Positions 32,951-44,000 of a DNA stretch of 44,000 bases are shown here, one piece after another. The position numbers and the translations under genes are program-made. The first letter of the stretch is position 1. Every line of letters begins with the position of its first letter. The stretch comes from Octopus bimaculoides (taxonomy: Eukaryota): contig NC_068983.1 in NCBI RefSeq assembly GCF_001194135.2, positions 94,007,417 to 94,051,416 of the forward strand, read 5' to 3'. The notes beneath the pieces are model-generated. The model saw only the letters and a program-made list of their open reading frames with translations, was not told the origin of the DNA and made no database searches.

Positions 32951-33609
32951 TGACCTTCCAACTATTGGCTGCTTTATTATTAAGAGGAACCAAGTGTATT
33001 TCTTTAAATTCAAGTTCAAGGAATATTTTCTTGTCATTCCTTCTTACTAAGCATATGAGAACTTGAGTAGATTTTTTCTTTATTATTATTTGTATATTTG
33101 ATTTGTGATTCCTCTTTAACTGTATTCATAATCTATCTCACTTCCATAGCCTCTTTTACTGCTGATATTCCTGGTAGCCAGAGAGTTTCTGGTTCGTGCA
33201 TGTGTATATATGAATGTGTGTGTGTGTGTGTGTGCTCATGCGCACGTGTGTGTGTATGTGCATGTGTGTTTATGTGTGGTACATATGTGTAAATATCTAC
33301 GTTTGTATTAGTCATTGGTTAATGTCTGTATTTGTCTTGTAAATGCTACAGCTGTATGTGGTAGCTGCAGTATTTCTGTTAATATCAAATGCTCTTAACT
33401 ATACAATTCCCATCTACTGGCAATTGTCGGTTCCAAGGAAGAAGCAGAGAAGAGTTGCCACCATTACTGCTTGTTCGCTCTGCATGTGAATATTTTATGG
33501 TAGTAGTGAGAACCCCCTTTTGTTTTTCATCATGATCAACATTATTGCAGCATTTGTATTTTTGCATTTATATTGAGATAAAAACCTTTAAGTAATGATA
33601 TTTTCATAT

Positions 33610-34480
33610 CCTATACACCATAATGGAATTGTTTCAACCAATGGGATTTCTCCTATAACTAATCATTTTATCATTATACTTTACTCACAGATTTCTATCT
33701 ACAACATTGTCTACTATAGATATTGTTGTATACAGTTTGTGTCTTTTATTCAGACATACTTCTAGTTTATGTCTACAGTTATTTCATATCATCTAAAAAT
33801 ATCATCAGTTTAATTGATAGTAATATATCCACCACCTTTAACATTGGCCAGTTGTGATGGCTGTGACAGTGGTATCATTTTTTTAACGTCTATTGTTACC
33901 TTACTGTGGAATGTAGAGTGGCTCAATAATACAGGATGTCATCTTTCATCAAGATCCTATGTCATCTCGTCTGTAAGGCCTGTCAGCATAAGTTCCAGGT
34001 ACCCAATATACTTCCATAGGTATATTCTGCTCCCAGTATGCAGTACCCCTACCCAACTTCCATTATTTACCTCACATAATGATATCAATGCTGTCATCTC
34101 TCCTGTATATATGAGTTGATATTTTTAATGCTATGCTATTCTCTAAGCTCCCTTGTGCTCCATCTTTCTTACAAGTTTGTTAAACATCCAACAGACAGTA
34201 CTTGATGTTTTTCTCTACCTCTGCAGGTCCTCCACAATCAACACTCATCTAACATGACACATCTTATACACACTTAATACAATCTGCTTTTCACACAGAT
34301 AGAGAAATTGTTGCCAAAAGAGACAAACAAATTACTGAAATTCTTTTCCTTTTTTCTTTTTCCTAGAAACTATGCTTTTACTATTATCATCTCCCCTACT
34401 AATTAGATTATCTAGGTAACAAACTATTAATTACATATAACGTCATATCTGAATAGTTCAAGGGCTTTACTTTAAGTATT
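33610..34480 (-). mobile_element. decayed RTE C-terminal region plus shared flank (copy 1)
   Basis: Colinear with 36590-37510 (AATGGGATTTCTC, CAAGATCCTATGTCATC, GTTAAACATCCAACAGACA, GTCATATCTGAAT). Confidence 0.7.
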
Positions 34481-34684
34481 TTACTACTGTTAACTGTTTC
34501 CTTGCATTTATCATGTCTGAAGTCCTTGTTCAGCCAGCCTGAAATTCTGTAGTATCCATTGTCTACCCACTGCTTGCATAAGTACACAGTATCAGATTCC
34601 TACTTATAATCTTCCAATATTTTAAACACAACCACTTTTCACTGGGATTTTATGATCCGTTTCAGTTGGAACTTTGGTCCTTGC

Positions 34685-34910
34685 TAACTTCATTTAGCAT
34701 TTAAACTGGCCATATGCAGCCCAAATATTCTACCTGCTTTATGTTCAAATTGGCTAGATCCGGTTTCTCACATCCACCTTATGTCATTCTATAAATATAC
34801 AATCACATCATTGAAATTTCTGAGTTATTAGATAATGCATGATTAATTCAAAATAATGTGAATAAATAAGCATTGCATTTGAGAAAGTAATCTGAATGTT
34901 AAAGGATTAA
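34685..34910. mobile_element. MITE with TTAA/CCCTTT-type (piggyBac-like) ends, degenerate
   Basis: Left TAACTTCATTTAGCATT, right AATGTTAAAGGATTAA; I recall the body as a common octopus MITE. Confidence 0.55.
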
Positions 34911-35270
34911 ACTCCAGACAACTCTGGTCTTATAATGAGATCCAGGTCATCAGTACAGAGCATAACCCAAAGCCACCTAGATTTGAACTCCTACATGATG
35001 GCCTCAAAAGCTTTAATGAACAACAGGCTGAGGATATAACCATGATGAATGCCTACTTGCACATTAAATTCCTTATAGACTTGATTTTCAATGCTTATTT
35101 CAGCCTTGTATGATGTAACTGCTTATGAAAGCAGTTTATTTACCTTTAGATGACTCAGAATCCATCAGACTACTAAATGTGAGGTCAAAAAACCTCTCCA
35201 ATTCAACAAATGCAAATAAAGTTATTTGTTCCCCTCCTACTATGAATGTCTTTGTTTTATTCATTAGATT

Positions 35271-35476
35271 GGCACTCCACTGATTATGACAACAAAGGTT
35301 CCAGTTGATCTGACCAATGGAACAATCTGCTTATGAAATTAACATGCAAGTTGTTGAGCACTCCACAAACATGTCTACCCTTAATGTAGTTCAAAGGGAG
35401 ATTCAGAGTGACACAGAATGTGACAAGGCTGGCCCTTTGAAATACAGGTACTATTCATTTTTGTCAGCTGAGTGGC
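35271..35476 (-). mobile_element. SINE 3' body (further family)
   Basis: GGCACTCC...GTTCCAGTTGATC..CAATGGAAC...GAAATTAACATGCAAG...GAGCACTCCACA; recalled octopus SINE body, head absent. Confidence 0.6.
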
Positions 35477-35477
35477 A

Positions 35478-35680
35478 TTAGAAATAAGCCATAACTGTTT
35501 TCACCTCCTAAGACAAATCCATATGACCTGGATTGACAAAGCCTGCTTAAAATATCAGTCAAAAAAAATAATCATACCATATTTTATCTAAACTCTTTAA
35601 AAAAAAGGGAAGAAAGCATCGAATATTGTAGTCCCCAATACATTATACTTAAAAGAATGGGATGGTCATGACTGGGCCTA
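35478..35680 (-). repeat. dispersed repeat family F
   Basis: AGAAATAAGCC...AATGGGATGGTCATGACTGG. Confidence 0.45.
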
Positions 35681-36589
35681 TTGAAGTTGAAACGACAACA
35701 AATTCAAACTGTATCTTATTCAAATTATTCCTATCTTTCACTAACTTTCCCATGACTATTTCAGCTACTTTCAAGTTATGGAACTACTTCCATAACTTGC
35801 ATATTCCATGATATTTGATCTGAATGTTATGTTCAAGATATAAATAATATACTTGAATATGCTACCAGATATTATATTCAGAAATATTTTATAAAAATAT
35901 TTATTTTTCTTTGAATCAAACAAAAAGAATGTTGTGCTGACAATTTTTTTTTTCCCCTCTTATAATCTGACTGTTTGACATCCTTCCCATAAACATTCAA
36001 GATGTTTCTTTAGACACTAAATAATCTATCATTTCCAATTCCTTCAGCAATAATCTCGCATTTCCAATTCCTTCACCCTGCAGCAACTAATACAATTTCT
36101 TGACTTTTTCTCTAATATATTTTGATTTCAACAACAAACAAGTTTGGTTTGTGTTTTTAAAGTATTTTTTGTTTTGTTTTTTTAATTTAATTTTATTTTT
36201 TCACTCTTATTAGATTTAGATTTTTATGTGGTAGTTCACATAATAAGTGAGGATTTCAGGAAGTTTTCATACATTTTGCTAGCCTTCCTGTTATTCCTTT
36301 TGCTTTACTTTGCATCTTTTTAACTGTTGATGTAAACTGTTGAAAGTCAGGCTTGCTAACCATATTCTTTTTGTTGTTCTTTCAAGTTTATTTGTTTACA
36401 TTTAAGAATTGTGTTTGTTTTATATTTAATATTGAAATTTTATTTTCTAGGTATTTCATTGTTTCTTGTTTTTTTTTTGTTTTTTTTTTCATGTGTATTC
36501 ATGGATTTGTGCCTTATTCCTGTTTTATTCCCATGATGTTACAGTACAAATTTTCTTGTAGCTTCAATTACTTTGATCAAATATGTCCT

Positions 36590-37510
36590 TCATTTGCCAT
36601 AATGGAATTACATTTGCACAAATGGGATTTCTCTTGTGACTAATCATTTTATCATCATACTTTACACAAAGATTTCTATCTACGACATTGTCAAATATAA
36701 CTGTTTGATCTATTATTGTACACTTTGTGTCATTTATTGAGGTGTACCTGCTATTTTATATCTAGTCATTTCGTATCATCTAAAAAAATGTCATCAGTTT
36801 AATAGATAGTATATTCCTCATCAGCCAATTGTAATGGCTGTGACAATGGCATAATTTTCTATCTAGTCATTTCGTATCATCTAAAAAAATGTCATCAGTT
36901 TAATAGATAGTATATTCCTCATCAGCCAATTGTAATGGCTGTGACAATGGCATAATTACTTTAAGGTCTATTGTTACCTTGCTGTCAAATGTAGAATTGG
37001 TCTATAATACAGGATATCACCTTTTCAAGATCCTATGTCATCTTATCTATAAGGCCTTGCTATCAGTATGCAATATACTGCTCTACCACCCATCATTCAC
37101 ATCTGTTTATATCACATGTTGATATCAATGCAGTCATCTCCCCTGCAGTATATACGAATTGATATCTTTAATGCCATACTATTCTCTCAGCTCATTTGTG
37201 CTCCCCATTTCTTACAAGTTCATGTTAAACATCCAACAGACAACACTTGATGTTTTTCCCACCTCCACAGGTCATTCACAACAAATGCTTATCTAACATG
37301 ACACATAACATAATACAATTTGATTTTCATATAGACAGAGACTGATGCTAACAGAAGCAAACAGATCAGTGAACCTGCTCTTTCTTTTCTTATGTTAGAA
37401 ATTATACTTTTACTACAATCATCTTCACTACAAATTAGACCATTTAGGTAACAGAAACTATTAACAACATTTAGTGTCATATCTGAATGGTTCATGGGCT
37501 TGATTTCAAG
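36590..37510 (-). mobile_element. decayed RTE C-terminal region plus shared flank (copy 2)
   Basis: LNVVNSFCYLNGLICSEDDC (cf. LEVVDSFCYLGD.IS..GGC) and CWMFNMNL*EMGSTNELRE*YGIKDI...LH*YQHVI. Confidence 0.8.
36760..36957. repeat. exact 97-bp tandem duplication (period 101)
   Basis: 36760-36856 is identical to 36861-36957; separated by TTCT. Confidence 0.95.
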
Positions 37511-37559
37511 TGCAATACTACTGTTAATTATTTCCTTACATTATTATTTCCTTTGCCAG

Positions 37560-37677
37560 GCACTCTCTCTGATAGCTGTGGTTTGTCCAGAATTGCTTCT
37601 TCCTCTATAGGAAATTCGCCTAATAGTCCTGTAACGGGCATTTTAGTGCCTTGGCCTCCTGAACTGCAACTACGTCG
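37560..37677 (+). CDS. host coding exon, product unidentified (phase 1 in, phase 2 out)
   Basis: Acceptor TTATTTCCTTTGCCAG, donor CG|GTAAGA, GC- and CpG-richer than flanks. Only one frame is open: GTLSDSCGLSRIASSSIGNSPNSPVTGILVPWPPELQLRR. Confidence 0.65.
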
Positions 37678-38178
37678 GTAAGATCCCCTCCTTCTGCCTC
37701 ACTGTGAGGCTATTTTGCTACATCCCTACCCCTTAGAAAATCAGTAGTTCTATTTCTGCCTTGCTATAATATTAATGTATTTTCATTTGTAGTTAATTTC
37801 TTTCCTGTTGTCTCCCTTTAGGTTGGTCAGTTTTGTGTTCCCTATGTAGAAATCTAAAATGCATGCAAGCCCATTGCCCATTTTATCTACATTTATTCCT
37901 TATATGATATTGTGTATTAATATAAATGATTATATGCCTTCACATACTTAAATGTTTTGTATGGTTGACTTTGCAATCAATTATATTCATTGGTAGGTCT
38001 AAAATAAACTTAGACTCACTGTTGAATATTGCTGATTGTAACATCAATTGTACAAAACCTTTAGCTGTCAGCATATAACCTTGTTTATTAAAATGCAATT
38101 ATAACAAACTTTTCACACTTGTAACATCAGTGTGTATTTTTGAATGCAAATGCAAACAAAAACATTTATGGGTGTATA

Positions 38179-38370
38179 NNNNNNNNNNNNNNNNNNNNNN
38201 NNNNNNNNNNNNNNNNNNNNNNNNNNNNNNNNNNNNNNNNNNNNNNNNNNNNNNNNNNNNNNNNNNNNNNNNNNNNNNNNNNNNNNNNNNNNNNNNNNNN
38301 NNNNNNNNNNNNNNNNNNNNNNNNNNNNNNNNNNNNNNNNNNNNNNNNNNNNNNNNNNNNNNNNNNNNNN
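38179..38370. other. assembly gap (N run) in (TA)n tract
   Basis: Ns. Confidence 1.
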
Positions 38371-39249
38371 ATATATTTATATATATATATACACACACAC
38401 ATATATATATATACATATACATACATATATATATATACATGTGTGCATTTTTGCCTTTAGGTCTCTAAATAAGAGGAAAAAAAATATTCAGTACATATAC
38501 TAGAGTTCATTTATTCATGCAAAGCTGATGATTCGATCAATCATTATTCTGGGTATCTCATATATATGAGTTTGTTTATGAACACATGCAGGTGAATCAT
38601 CAGCTTCAAATCAATAGGCATATATGTGTGTGTATGTGTGTTTGTATATTAGTTTGTGTACTTCTCTTTAGACTCCTCCTTCCCATCATTACACAACTCT
38701 GGAAAAGAATGTATGTGATCCAGTAGGTGAGGAAAGGTACTGTTGTGTAAGGAATTACAATTAGTTATCTGTAGAAAATACCCTCCATAACTCCAAAGAT
38801 TTGGCTGTAATCTTCACACATTGTCAAATGGAATATGAAGTAAATTACAAAATTGGTTTGCTTGTTTGTTTGTTTATTTTCCTCTGCCTCTCCAACCCCC
38901 TTTTTTTTGTCTATTTTTGCTAATAGCATAGATTAATCAAGTCATCACAGTAATTCTCCTCCAATTATTCCTGTTCATTTGTTAAATTTACTTGCCTTGG
39001 GTTATGATGAACCTTTTAACCTTCTCTTTAGCTCATTCCAACTGCCATTATTCTCAAACTTGCAGTATTTATTCATTCTGTTGAAGGAATCTCTTAATAT
39101 CTTTCACTTCTGACCATGTTTCTCAAGTAATTTATTTCTATATTTTAGGCATTTCCATCAAAAAATCTTTCATTTCTTTGCTTTCAGCTATAATGATTCA
39201 GTTGTGTATTTTCAATATTCTCAATATTCAACAGTGGTTTCCAAATATA

Positions 39250-39400
39250 GCTTTCTTTCGATCGGGCATTGGGTCGATTTTGTAGGTAAGGGTTCAGGTT
39301 AATTAAATTGATGCCAGTCAGCATCGTACTTACCGTTTTATTCTTGTGAGTTTGATAACATAAAAGAGTAAGTCAAAATCAGCATGGTTTTGAACAGAAA
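39250..39400 (-). mobile_element. very decayed SINE family C copy
   Basis: TTAATTAAATTGATGCCAGT...GTACTTA...AAGTCAAAATCAGC...TTTGAAC aligns loosely to reversed family C. Confidence 0.4.
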
Positions 39401-40934
39401 CTCTTAACTAAACACTTGAAAGTAATCAGTTTCCTTTTCAACTATTTTGGCAATTTCCTGGTTCCATTGCATTCCTGATCCAACTGTAACTTGTGAGTCA
39501 TTTTATTATTGCTTTCATCATCATCACCAACTTACATCAACATAATCATCATTATCGTTTATCCACTGTCCACCAGTATTCCTTTTAAATGGTCTGGTTT
39601 ATATGAGACTGTATATCTCTCTTTAGCATCAGTGAACAAGATTCTTCTGACTTATAAAATACAACTATAAATACAACTATCTGGCTTAAAATGAAATATT
39701 ACACCTTTTCTTGAATGAAACATGATATATCTACAGCGTCTGATCAAACAGAATTTACCGTTTCCTGAAGTAAGCCCAGGTTAGCCCAACTGACTCCTTT
39801 AATTGAAACAGGAGCTTGTATTGTAATTTATCTCATAGATACTTTAGATATAACAAAACAAAAAAATCTACCTACTAATTATTTTTCTTTTTACTGTCAT
39901 AGCTTCTCTTTGTGTCTTTATTACAAAGTCTGTTCTATTTTTGTAAGTCTAATATTGGCTATAAAGTATATTGCTCTGCATTCATGCAGCGACACATCAA
40001 TCTACACACTGGTGAACATTTTAGGAAAGGCAATTAGAATATTAATCCTGAAACATCATGGTACATTATCATATATATATTGGGGGAGATAGTGTGAGAG
40101 AGAATGAGAAATGAGGAGGTAGGAAGACTTAACTTTTGTTAGCTGTAAAGTACAATATTGCTAGTCTACGTTAAAAACAAATGAAATTCTCTAAATATTA
40201 TTCCACATAAAATTTCACACAAACATAGATCAAAAGAAAGTGGAATGAAATATGAGTGAATTTATTGTAGAAATCAGCCATGCAAGTTAAGATTGATTGC
40301 AAGTTTGGTCTGTTGTGGTAACATGATCACAGACCCAAAGGACAGGATGTGTGGATGATAAACACACAAGAGAAGACTGTTTCAGCCACCTTCATGAAAA
40401 TATTATTTGAATTGACTTTATGCAGTGTTATAGCAGCATAGTTCTTTCTAAAACAATGTGAGTTTCAACTGTTACATTACAAGAGCATGAGTTCAAAGCA
40501 TAGTGCTGCTATTAAAGTTTACTCTTATATAAATGTATTCTATTTGTTTCAGTTTGTAACGATGATAGACCCGAATAACGTATTAAACTTCCAGCTCATA
40601 GGTTATAAGTTCAGTACTGCTGTTAGAATATTTTTGTGTTTCTCAGAAAAACACTGTACTATGCTTTTCCTTCAATCCCCCTACCTGTTAGAAATAGATA
40701 CCAATATCAGTCCATTAAGCTACCAGACCAATGAAGTTCAGTCACAGATCACATTTCACTAGTGAAATTGGTTCAGTCAGACACCTGTCATGTCAGTAAT
40801 AGGAAGCAGATCAATATACTTTCCTCTCAGACTACAGTCCACCAGTTGTGTTCCTTTGCCTTGTCATTGGACCCACTCTCTACTTTTGATTATGAGCTGT
40901 ATGTTTGTTGGTAGTAGTGCACTAGAACTCATCA

Positions 40935-41117
40935 TATATGTATATATATATATACATGTACATATACATATGTATATACATATATGTATACATATGTGTA
41001 TACGTATATGTACAAGCATGTATATACATATATGTATACATATGTATACACATGTATATACATATATGTATATACATGTATATACAAATATTTATACACA
41101 TGTATATACAAATATTT
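40935..41117. repeat. self-complementary (TATACA/TATGTA)-type purine-pyrimidine tract
   Basis: Seen directly; resumes at 41519-41660 on the other side of the SINE. Confidence 0.9.
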
Positions 41118-41518
41118 AGGAGTGGCTGTGTGGTAAGTAGCTTGCATACCAACCACATGGTCCAGGATTCAGTCCCACTGCGTGGCACCTTGGGTAAGTG
41201 TCTTCTACTATAGCCTCGGGCCGACCAAAGCCTTGTGAGTGGATTTGGTAGACGGAAACTGAAAGAAGCCCGTCGTATATATGTATATATATATGTATGT
41301 GTGTATGTGTTTGTGTGTCTGTGTTTGTCTCTCCAACATCGCTTGACAACCGATGCTGGTGTGTTTATGTCCCCGTAACTTAGCGGTTCGGCAAAAGAGA
41401 CCGATAGAATAAGTACTAGGCTTACAAAGAATAAGTCCTGGGGTCGATTTGCTCGACTAAAGGCGGTGCTCCAGCATGGCCACAGTCAAAAGACTGAAAC
41501 AAGTAAAAGAGTAAAAGA
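41118..41518 (+). mobile_element. SINE family A, best-preserved (CpG-retaining) copy
   Basis: AGGAGTGGCTGTGTGGTAAG...GGGCCGACCAAAGCC...GACGGAAACTG...GGGGTCGATTTGCTCGACTAAAGGCGG...AGTAAAAGA. Confidence 0.95.
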
Positions 41519-42392
41519 CACATGTATATGCATATACATCTACATGTGTATATACATATATATATATACATATGCATATATGTATATATGTGTGTGTGTG
41601 TGTGTGTGTTTATGTACATATATAAAAAAGTTGTATAAATATGTATGTACATATTTATATCACTTTTAAGTTATCTCTGCAAATTTTCTATAGAATTTAG
41701 ACTGAACACTGAAAGTTACAATGCTTCATATACAAATGTCTCTATTAAACAATGTGATCAAAGAAAGAAAAATAGATAATGAGTGTATATGCATATTTCA
41801 GTTCTTGCTCCTCCTTCAGCACCACAAGCAAATCATTAGCCCTCCATGAATAAATTGCTTAAACATCCACTCAGTTTAGAGGTGTAACACTATTGGATAG
41901 ACTAATTTGCATATCAAACACATTCCTGACAACTGCTATATACATATTAAATGCTGGTAGGGACACCATATTTTTTCGTTTTGAAACCATAATATACCAT
42001 TCTTCTAATTTCAATCACATTGTTTACATAGACTTAATCAATTATGAAACATTATAACTTTCAGTTCTGGCTCTAAATTCTATAGAAAATCTGTAGAGAT
42101 AGCTTAAAAGTGATTGTATGACACTGCTAACACAAAAATATGACACAGTACTAACTAATAAACTTTAATATACTGGTAGTGTATTATGGTTTAGGACAGG
42201 AATAGGTGTTTTGCTGTCGGGGAGATACATGGTTACCCCTGCAGGAAGAGAAAGAAGATGGTGATGAAAATGTATCTGTGTGAACCCTCAGGTTACTGGA
42301 AGGTGAATAGAGAAGTTGTATGGGTGGCTAAGTTCATGGGAGTGTGAGAGGTGAGTGGCAAATGGATAGAGGAAGATGGTGTGTGTGTGAGA

Positions 42393-42565
42393 GTACATGG
42401 CTTTGTGGTTAGAGTGTTGCACTCACAATAACAAGACTGTGATTTTGATTCCCAGACCAATGATGCAGTGCATTTTTGAGTAAAACAGTTCATTTCACAT
42501 CGCACCAATCCATTCAGCTGTAAATGGGTCACCCTGTGACAGTCTAGTTTTCCATTCATGGAGAA
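42393..42565 (+). mobile_element. SINE family D head and body
   Basis: GTACATGGCTTTGTGGTTAGAGTGTTGCACTCAC...GATTCCCAGACC...CAGCTGTAAATGGGT. Confidence 0.8.
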
Positions 42566-42684
42566 TGTTGGGCTGCCCACCTAGCTGGTGTGGTAACATC
42601 ATTCCAAAGTGATTACAATGCAAGGAAACACATTGTGACCAGTGGAGTATAACAACATCTAATAGTCTGACCAATAAAAAAAAT

Positions 42685-43125
42685 GGTAAAGATTCCCTTC
42701 CTTCATGAACGACCATGGGATTACACCTAGAAAGTTCCTAAGGCACCAGTCTGGGCAAGGTTGTTTACAGAAGACCAGCAGGCACCCACACATGCCAGTC
42801 TCTTCCCCTCTCCATACCACTGATGTTGTCCAAGAAAATGACAAAGGAACGTATGAGAGTTCTGCAATTTCTTGCTAAACAATCACACAGATGATTTGTT
42901 TATAGTGATCAAATGTTTGTGTTCCCATAAGTTCATTCCTTCCAGCAAATCGACATTACCTGTACATGTGCACAAAGTGTCACATGTCAGATGACAAAAT
43001 GATTGCAAATCAATGTGAAATGAAATGTTTTGCTCAAGAACACAATGCAATGCCTGGTCTGGGAATCGAAACCATGATCTCACAATCATGAGTGCAACAT
43101 TCTAACCACTAAGCCATGTACCTTC

Positions 43126-43126
<1 letters not shown>
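42685..43126 (-). mobile_element. SINE family D, near full length
   Basis: Head GAAGGTACATGGCTTAGTGGTTAGAA...GGTTTCGATTCCC; tail homologous to 9331-9510. Confidence 0.85.
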
Positions 43127-43158
<32 letters not shown>

Positions 43159-43313
43159 CACACGCACGCACACACACAATTACATAACCAAATCAGTTTT
43201 TGTATGCACAATCATCCACTTCGTTACAATATATGATAAATCAGTTACTAAGTATATAATCAACCAGTCAGTTTTTTGTAATATGATAAAACCAGTTTCC
43301 ATATATGTTTGTT

Positions 43314-43360
<47 letters not shown>

Positions 43361-43539
43361 CAATTACACTATATGTAACATCTCAATGATTGGTGTATAT
43401 AATAATGGTACAATTCTCTATAACTGTCAAATCAAATAAGAAACCATTTCCACATAGTACTAGCTGTGTACAAATGGTATCTACATTATAAAAGTCAGCT
43501 TGATACTGAATCAAAAATATTTAAATAAGAAATAAATTC

Positions 43540-43615
43540 GTATAGCCCCAAGCTGACCAATATCTTATGAGTAGATATGGTAGACAGTAACTGAAAGCAG
43601 CCCATCATATATATG
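43540..43615 (+). mobile_element. SINE family A middle fragment
   Basis: TATAGCCCCAAGCTGACCAA...TGAGTAGATATGGTAGACAGTAACTGAAAGCAGCCCATCATATAT. Confidence 0.65.
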
Positions 43616-44000
43616 TGTATATGTATATATATAAGAATGATATAACACTAAGATGGAGGATAACAGGCTCTAATGGTAGATCACAACATTTGTTTTTGCG
43701 TCGCACACTAGCTTTGAGTTGCTGAGTTTATAGTCATACACCATAATAGAAGATTGTACTTTATGATTATTATGATATATTTGAATATTTTTCAGCAACG
43801 GTTGTGTGTGTGTGTTTCATCAGATGAAATACTATAAGGCATTTATGTATAGTAATGCCCTTAATATAAATGAATATATTTATAGGGAATAATTAATAAA
43901 TTTTTCCCTTATGAGGTTTTTCTAGCTAACTACTTGATAAATTCTTATAAAGATTTTATCGTATATTTAAATTATATATATATATATAGATATAGATATA

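Noticed and set aside
33438-33499. Candidate exon RSREELPPLLLVRSACEYFM
   Set aside because: Weak splice sites, and no open frame ends in phase 1 to join the 37560 exon.
36765-36800. Minus-strand CTGATGA...GAAA (also near 33800)
   Set aside because: No coherent stem II, stem III or stem I.
39188-39285. Phase-compatible candidate exon with strong GTAAGG donor
   Set aside because: The donor and 3' half appear to lie in a decayed antisense SINE C and the peptide is not protein-like; exonisation cannot be excluded without RNA data.

Overview
This is AT-rich, repeat-dense eukaryotic DNA with three assembly gaps (598-1516, 31169-31700, 38179-38370). The SINE families and microsatellite load look like a coleoid cephalopod, most likely Octopus; this is recognition from memory, not a database result. 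The window is almost all intronic or intergenic. It holds at least four tRNA-type SINE families, several decayed RTE LINEs, two R4/Dong non-LTR fragments inserted in (TAA)n, and mariner, hAT, Merlin-like and piggyBac-like DNA-transposon remnants. One host coding exon is well supported (37560-37677, +, gene unidentified). Nearly all ORF-track entries are microsatellite, gap or TE artefacts. No rRNA, tRNA gene or CRISPR array was found. The most notable signals are three independent type I hammerhead-ribozyme-like folds on the minus strand (2036-2120, 2441-2491, 7324-7427), a 2.3-kb chain of five retroelements joined by (ATT)n, a near-perfect 71-nt hairpin, and a decayed 33-bp coding-like repeat. 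All family names (A-D, F) are my local labels and all alignments were done by eye.
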